From assembly GCA_964449605.1 (NCBI GenBank), contig CAYUZG010000002.1:1-53288 (forward strand): DNA of 53,288 bases, written 5' to 3'. Shown piece by piece: positions 48,880 to 53,288 of this stretch (within the stretch, counting starts at the first letter, position 1; each line of letters opens with the position of its first letter). The DNA is from an uncultured Verrucomicrobiota bacterium. Its GTDB lineage: Bacteria; Auribacterota; JABMQX01; JAFGEW01. The notes under the pieces are model-generated. The model saw only the letters and a list, made by a program, of their open reading frames with translations. It had not been told where the DNA came from and did no database searches. The position numbers were made by a program, and so were the translations under genes.

Positions 48880-49158
48880 CTACTGCACGAACCGCGGCAG
48901 GTGGTGGAAAATGCTCATGGTGAAATCGATGAGCGAGGACGCCATCCACGGCGCGAAGATCGCCAGCGTGATCATCACGCCGATGATCTTCGGGACGAAC
49001 GTCAGGCTCATCTCGCGGATCTGCGTCACGGTCTGGAAGACGCTGACCAGGATGCCGATGATGAGGCCGGCGGCGAGCAGCGGGCCGGCAACTATCAGCA
49101 CCGTATAGAGCGTCTGCTTCATGAGCGTGACTGTCAGCTCAGGCGTCATCGGTGTCAC
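48880..49158 (-). CDS. fliQ: Flagellar export apparatus protein FliQ
   Basis: AGPLLAAGLIIGILVSVFQTVTQIREMSLTFVPKIIGVMITL. About 89 aa if the start is the second ATG. Confidence 0.9.
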   Translation of the reverse strand: MTPMTPELTVTLMKQTLYTVLIVAGPLLAAGLIIGILVSVFQTVTQIREMSLTFVPKIIGVMITLAIFAPWMASSLIDFTMSIFHHLPRFVQ

Positions 49159-49187
49159 TCGCCTCCGTGCGTGTGCGGGCCGGGCCG

Positions 49188-49952
49188 CTATCCGGTGCCG
49201 AAGCTCGCGACGAGCGAGCGCATCATCAAGTACCAGCCGTCCACCATGATGAAGAGCAGGATCTTGAATGGGAGCGAGACCATCACGGGCGGCAACATCA
49301 TCATGCCCATCGACAGCAGCACGCTCGCCACGACCATGTCGATCACCAGAAACGGCAGGAACAGCACGAACCCCATCGTGAACGCCGTGCGCAGCTCACT
49401 GAGCACGAACGCCGGGATGAGTACGTGCGTCGGCACATCGTCGATCGTCTCGGGCCGTTCCATCTTCGAGACGTAGACGAACAGCGCCAGGTCCTTCTCG
49501 CGCGTCTGGCTCCACATGAAATCGCGAAGCGGCTTGAGTCCCTTGGCGAGCGCTTCCTTCGGCCCGATCTTCTCTTCCATGTACGGCTTGAGACCTTCGG
49601 CGTGCATCCGCTGCCAGACGGGGGCCATGATGAAAAACGTCAGGAACAACGCGAGGCTTACGAGCACCTGCGCCGACGGCTGTGAGCCCGTGGCGAGCGC
49701 CCGCTTGAGAAACGAGAGCACGATCACGATGCGCGTAAACGAGGTGAGCAGCACGAGCAGCGCGGGCGCGATCGACAGCACCGTGAGCAGGGCCACGAGT
49801 TGAAGCCCGGTGCTCACCTGCTGCCGGTCCCCGCCGCCCAGATCGATGTTCACCTCGATGGGCGAGGCCGCACGGGCCGGCGCGGCCGCACACGCGGCGG
49901 CCACCACGGCGAACGCAGTGAGCACTATCGCGGCGATTTCCCTCATCGGCAT
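49188..49952 (-). CDS. fliP: Flagellar export apparatus protein FliP
   Basis: LLTVLSIAPALLVLLTSFTRIVIVLSFLKRALATG..PS.QVLVSLALFLTFFIMAP...IPAFVLSELRTAF.MGF.LFLPFLVIDMVVASVLLSMGMMMLPP. Confidence 0.95.
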   Translation of the reverse strand: MPMREIAAIVLTAFAVVAAACAAAPARAASPIEVNIDLGGGDRQQVSTGLQLVALLTVLSIAPALLVLLTSFTRIVIVLSFLKRALATGSQPSAQVLVSLALFLTFFIMAPVWQRMHAEGLKPYMEEKIGPKEALAKGLKPLRDFMWSQTREKDLALFVYVSKMERPETIDDVPTHVLIPAFVLSELRTAFTMGFVLFLPFLVIDMVVASVLLSMGMMMLPPVMVSLPFKILLFIMVDGWYLMMRSLVASFGTG

Positions 49953-49955
49953 GCC

Positions 49956-50504
49956 CTAGCTCTGGCGGCCGGCCAGCCGGCCAAACAACGACTGCAGGTG
50001 ACCGCTGAACTCGGTCTCCTGGACATTCTCGACGACGCTCTCGTCCTCGATCTGCGCCAGCGTGCGGATCTCGCTCGTGCCGACGCCGACGACGAGCAGC
50101 CGATCGCACACCTTCACGAGGTAGATGGCCCGTTTCGCGTCGAGCGCGGTCCGGTCGACGACGCGCACGAGGCGCTCGGATTTCGGGGCCGCCTTCACCT
50201 TGCGGGTCAGGAGCTTTACGAGCATCAGGCCGCCGTAGATGATGCCGAGGATGATGACCATCGACAGCAGCAGCCGCAGCATGAGGCTCCCGAAGCTCCG
50301 GCGGGCATGGGGCACCGGCTCCTCGTAGGACAGGAAGCCGCCGACATCCTCGGCCCCGACCTCGTCTGACTGCCCGGCAGGCGCGGTCCCGGTCAGTTCG
50401 GTGGTGGCCGCGCCCGGGTCCGCCTCCTCGCCGGCGGCCGCCGACACAAGCGAGGCCGACACGGCGAGCAACACGACCAGTACGCCTGTCAACGTGCGCG
50501 ACAT
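49956..50504 (-). CDS. fliO: FliO/FliZ-like flagellar export protein
   Basis: From ATG 50504 (GGAGG RBS). TM segments, then RLVRVVDRTALDAKRAIYLVKVCDRLLVVGVGTSEIRTLAQI. Sits directly upstream of fliP. Confidence 0.65.
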   Translation of the reverse strand: MSRTLTGVLVVLLAVSASLVSAAAGEEADPGAATTELTGTAPAGQSDEVGAEDVGGFLSYEEPVPHARRSFGSLMLRLLLSMVIILGIIYGGLMLVKLLTRKVKAAPKSERLVRVVDRTALDAKRAIYLVKVCDRLLVVGVGTSEIRTLAQIEDESVVENVQETEFSGHLQSLFGRLAGRQS

Positions 50505-50564
50505 CGTCGCCTCCTTCCAGCCGGAACGGCACGGACCTTTTTGCCCCCTGGCCGGCACAAGTGA

Positions 50565-50579
50565 GCAAGTCCTGTACCA
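50565..50579 (-). promoter_or_regulatory. Near-consensus sigma54 promoter upstream of fliO
   Basis: Minus strand reads TGGTAC-AGGAC-TTGC (one mismatch; GG and GC retained at correct spacing). It lies 61-75 nt upstream of the fliO ATG. Confidence 0.45.
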
Positions 50580-50629
50580 ACGGGATGGCGACTCCAGGGA
50601 ATGGAAGCAAGAGAAGGGACGGGAAGATT

Positions 50630-50687
50630 TTGCCGTCGTGAAACGCGATAGCGCGGGGCGCTCTGTCGCGTTTCACGACGACGGCAA
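50630..50687 (-). terminator. Long imperfect hairpin immediately after fliN (terminator/attenuator or RNA-processing element)
   Basis: Arms ttgccgtcgtgaaacgcga / tcgcgtttcacga(cga)cggcaa plus an inner agcgc-ggg-gcgct stem. It starts 7 nt after the fliN stop. On the mRNA it is followed by a C/U-rich tract rather than a pure U tract. Confidence 0.4.
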
Positions 50688-50694
50688 GACCGGG

Positions 50695-51216
50695 CTACCG
50701 CAAGTAGCGCAGCCGTTCCTCGGGCGAGACGATGTCGATGACCTTGACGCCGAAGTTCTCGTTGACGACGACCACCTCGGCGCGCGCGACCAGCTTGTTG
50801 TTGATGAGCACGTCGACCGGCTCGCCCGCGAGCTTGTTCAGCTCGACCACCGAGCCGCCGCCAAGGCTGAGCGCGTCGCGAATCACCATGGAGGTGCGGC
50901 CGAGCTCGACGGTGACGGTCACCGGCACGTCGAGCAGGAAGTCGATCTTGCGCGCCTCACCCGGCTCGGCCCGGCTCGTCAGTTGCGAGAACTCGACCGG
51001 CTGGGCGTCCACCTGTTCCGGCTCGGCCGGCTCGGTCATGACGCCAACGGCCGCGCCCGCTGACGGCTGCGCCTGAGCGGCCACATCGGGCCCAGCAGCC
51101 GGTGCCGCCTCGTCAGCCGGAGCAGGCTGGTCGGCCTGGGCCGTGCCGTCGGGTGTCTCGCCGGACTCGCCCATCAGCGAATCGACATCTTCCTGCGACA
51201 GTTCTTTCTCGCTCAT
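50695..51216 (-). CDS. fliN: Flagellar motor switch protein FliN
   Basis: C-terminal IDFLLDVPVTVTVELGRTSMVIRDALSLGGGSVVELNKLAGEPVDVLINNKLVARAEVVVVNENFGVKVIDIV. Confidence 0.9.
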   Translation of the reverse strand: MSEKELSQEDVDSLMGESGETPDGTAQADQPAPADEAAPAAGPDVAAQAQPSAGAAVGVMTEPAEPEQVDAQPVEFSQLTSRAEPGEARKIDFLLDVPVTVTVELGRTSMVIRDALSLGGGSVVELNKLAGEPVDVLINNKLVARAEVVVVNENFGVKVIDIVSPEERLRYLR

Positions 51217-51222
51217 GATCGG

Positions 51223-52230
51223 TTATCCTGCTTCTACGGTGTCTTCGATCTGGTCCTCAATCGCCCCCAGGATCTGCACGCCGCGACGGCCGGCAGACAG
51301 CCCCGGCTTGGCCTGGAACTTCGCGGCGCCCTCGACGTTCAGCACGACCTCGTCCTCGGCGTGCGTGCCGAGCACGACGATGTCGCTGGGCCGGAGGTTG
51401 ATCAGCTCGTTGATCGTCATCTCGGCCGTCCCGAGGACGGCCTGGAGCTCGACGTTGGTCTCCTCCAAGAACCGGGTGCACTGGCCGGCCACGCCGGCGT
51501 CCCGCTGCTGCCCGCCCGACGAGATCCACTTCTGGGCGCTCAGGTAGCCGAGCACGGGCGCGAGCGTGGCGATCGGCACGCACAAGCTGACCATCCCCGT
51601 GTTCTCGGCGATTTCGACGTTCAGCGTGATCAGCAGCACATTGTCCGTGAGCGACGTGATCTGGGCGAACTGCGGGTTTGATTCGCGCCCCTCGAGCACG
51701 CACCGCACTTGGGTGACGTGCTTCCAGGTCTCCTGGAACTTCTCGAGGGCCATGTTGACCACGGTCAAGATGATCTGGTTCTCGATCTCGGTCAGCTCGC
51801 GGATCTCCTTCGGCGGCTGACCGCCGCCACCGAGCAAGCGATCGACGATGACGAACACGAGCACCGGGTTGATCTCGAGGATCGCCAGCCCCTCGAGCGG
51901 CTGCATGCTGAAAACCGACATGCACGTCGGGTTCGGCAAGCTCATGATGAACTCGCCGTACGTGAACTGCTCGACGAGCGCGAGGTTCGCATTGACGATC
52001 GTGCGCAAGTAGAGCGACAGCGTGTTCGCGAAGCCCTTGGCGAACGTGTCGTGGAGCATATGTAGGGTGCGCATCTGATCTTTGCTGATCAGCTTGGGCC
52101 GGCGGAAGTCGTAGGCGGTCACCGTCGCGGGTTTGCCCGTGGCACCCGCCTTCTCTTCGACCTCGACCTCGCCCGAGGCGACGGCCCCGAGCAGCGCATC
52201 GATCTCTTCCTGCGAAAGGATGTCCGACAC
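51223..52230 (-). CDS. fliM: Flagellar motor switch protein FliM
   Basis: MSDILSQEEIDALL (the LSQxEIDALL CheY-binding motif), YDFRRP..IS.DQMRTL..LHD.FA..F...LS.YLR. Confidence 0.95.
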   Translation of the reverse strand: MSDILSQEEIDALLGAVASGEVEVEEKAGATGKPATVTAYDFRRPKLISKDQMRTLHMLHDTFAKGFANTLSLYLRTIVNANLALVEQFTYGEFIMSLPNPTCMSVFSMQPLEGLAILEINPVLVFVIVDRLLGGGGQPPKEIRELTEIENQIILTVVNMALEKFQETWKHVTQVRCVLEGRESNPQFAQITSLTDNVLLITLNVEIAENTGMVSLCVPIATLAPVLGYLSAQKWISSGGQQRDAGVAGQCTRFLEETNVELQAVLGTAEMTINELINLRPSDIVVLGTHAEDEVVLNVEGAAKFQAKPGLSAGRRGVQILGAIEDQIEDTVEAG

Positions 52231-52254
52231 GTTCGTCTTGCCTCTGGCTCGCCG

Positions 52255-52785
52255 CTAGTGAATCAGAAACTCCTTGAAGTACACCTCGACGACGCTGCCA
52301 TTGACCATCATCCGGTTGAGCCGATCCCGGATCTCGCGTTTGAGCGCCTCGTCGCCCGGGTACTCGAGATCTTCGAGTGTCTTCGAGCGCAGGATGCCCA
52401 GGATCTCGTCACGAAAGACGAGGTCGCGCAGCTTGAGCTCGTCGAGCGCCTTGGCGTTTTCAACCTCGACGTGCAGCACGCAGCCCAGCACGCGCGTCGA
52501 CTGCTTGCCCCGAATGTTGACGATCAGGTCAGGGAACTCCCATGTGAGCGGGGCGACCACTTTCTTTTCCTTGGGCTTCTTCTCGCCGCCGCCCCCGCCG
52601 AGCATCTTGGCCACACCGATCCCGCCGCCGGCGAGCACGAGGCCGGCAACGAGGATCACGATCAGCTTCTTGCTGAACAGGCCGCCGCTCTTGGACGATC
52701 CCTTGTCACCGTCCTTGGCCGCGCCCGGCGCCGCGGCGCCGGCGTCGTCCTCGTCTTCTTTGTTGCCGTCTGCCGACTTCCACAT
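52255..52785 (-). CDS. fliL: Flagellar basal-body-associated protein FliL
   Basis: Single TM (KKLIVILVAGLVLAGGGIGVA), then FPDLIVNI....STRVLGCVLHVEV......ELKLRDLVFRDEILGILRSKT.EDL......LKREIRDRLN......VVEVYFKEFLI. Confidence 0.85.
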   Translation of the reverse strand: MWKSADGNKEDEDDAGAAAPGAAKDGDKGSSKSGGLFSKKLIVILVAGLVLAGGGIGVAKMLGGGGGEKKPKEKKVVAPLTWEFPDLIVNIRGKQSTRVLGCVLHVEVENAKALDELKLRDLVFRDEILGILRSKTLEDLEYPGDEALKREIRDRLNRMMVNGSVVEVYFKEFLIH

Positions 52786-53288
52786 CAGTCCGACCTGTAA
52801 TGGAACCGCGTGAAGTATACGTTCGTTACATGGGCCTCGTCGGAGCGCAGCCGCTGGGCGACCGCATCGGCGAGCTCGCGCTTGAGCCGGTTCCGCTCGA
52901 GTTCCGTGTCGAGCTCGTCCACCACCTTGGTGCTGATCACCGCAATGGCGACATCGGCCAACTGGGCCGTCCGTTGCCGCAGCAGCGCGGCAAACTCGGG
53001 CGAGGACGCCTCGAACGTGATCTGCACCTCGAGGCTCGTGCCGGGCTGCGCGAGGTTGACCGTCTGCGGCCCCAGTTGGGCCAACAGGTTCTCGGCCGGA
53101 GACAGGCCCGTCCTCGGCCGCCCCAACGGCACGGTGAGCAAGAAGTGTGCTAGGATACCGATGGCCAGCCCGACGCCGATGCCCGCAGGGAACCTCAGTC
53201 GCCTGAACAGGCCCCGTCCACGACCGGTGTCGAGAACCGCCTCATCGCGCGGCGTTGCCTCGGCCTCGGACGCCTCGTCGTTCTCGGT
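52785..53288 (-). CDS. FliL-like paralog (5' end outside the window)
   Basis: Extending ORF 52785..53141 upstream keeps the frame open to the window edge: ...LFRRLRFPAGIGVGLAIGILAHFLLTV (TM), then LEVQITFEAS....RTAQLADVAIAVISTKVVDEL....RNRLKRELADAV.....VTNVYFTRF. TGATG overlap with the fliL start. Confidence 0.6.
   Translation of the reverse strand, partial: TENDEASEAEATPRDEAVLDTGRGRGLFRRLRFPAGIGVGLAIGILAHFLLTVPLGRPRTGLSPAENLLAQLGPQTVNLAQPGTSLEVQITFEASSPEFAALLRQRTAQLADVAIAVISTKVVDELDTELERNRLKRELADAVAQRLRSDEAHVTNVYFTRFHYRSD

Noticed and set aside
52140-52154. TGGCAC-CCGCC-TTCT on the plus strand inside fliM.
   Set aside because: It lacks the invariant GC of the -12 element and lies within a coding region. 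It is probably a chance -24-like hexamer.
1-53288. Whole-window check for mobile elements, prophage, defence systems, CRISPR arrays, rRNA and tRNA.
   Set aside because: No transposase, integrase, recombinase, Cas, restriction or toxin-antitoxin-like translation appears in any frame of the track. No long terminal repeats or RNA gene signatures were seen.

Overview
High-GC bacterial chromosomal segment. The left edge holds housekeeping and signalling genes: a STAS fragment, ispD, an atypical receiver fused to an RsbW-like kinase, and an HDOD protein. Almost everything else is one minus-strand flagellar supercluster. Read in transcription direction (right to left) it contains: fliL-paralog, fliL, fliM, fliN; fliO-P-Q-R-flhB; flhA-flhF-flhG, a small membrane protein, fliA, an acidic small protein and a lipoprotein that converges on a plus-strand secreted TPR protein. 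Next comes a flagellin-glycosylation island (GT1, rSAM/SPASM, GT1, GT2, rSAM/SPASM, cytidylyltransferase, NeuB-family synthase). After it come sugar-acid enzymes (SDR, UxaE-like, IolB-like), a second HDOD protein and flgM. Then follow two tandem flagellin genes, flgF-G-A-H-I-J-N-K-L, fliW-csrA, a third flagellin, fliD-fliS and three unknown small proteins. The cluster ends with a second glycosylation block in which two Maf paralogs bracket a wHTH regulator, a DUF362 Fe-S protein and an NHL propeller. I could read three exact TGGCAC-N5-TTGC sigma54 promoters: before flgF, before one flagellin, and one orphan facing antisense into the flagellin genes. A fourth, one-mismatch site precedes fliO. 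Sigma28-type promoters precede another flagellin, fliD and possibly flgM. Two intrinsic terminators, GGA-rich flagellin leaders and three perfect in-frame tandem repeats are also visible. I recognised no rRNA, tRNA, CRISPR array, transposase or integrase. The best candidates for undescribed biology are the paired glycosyltransferase + radical SAM/SPASM modules, the Maf-linked DUF362/NHL cassette, the sugar-acid enzymes apparently co-transcribed with HDOD-flgM, and the orphan antisense sigma54 promoter with a shared upstream element. All protein calls rest on motif recognition by eye from the supplied translations; no database search was possible. Many long ORFs in the track are shadow frames typical of high-GC DNA and were ignored.
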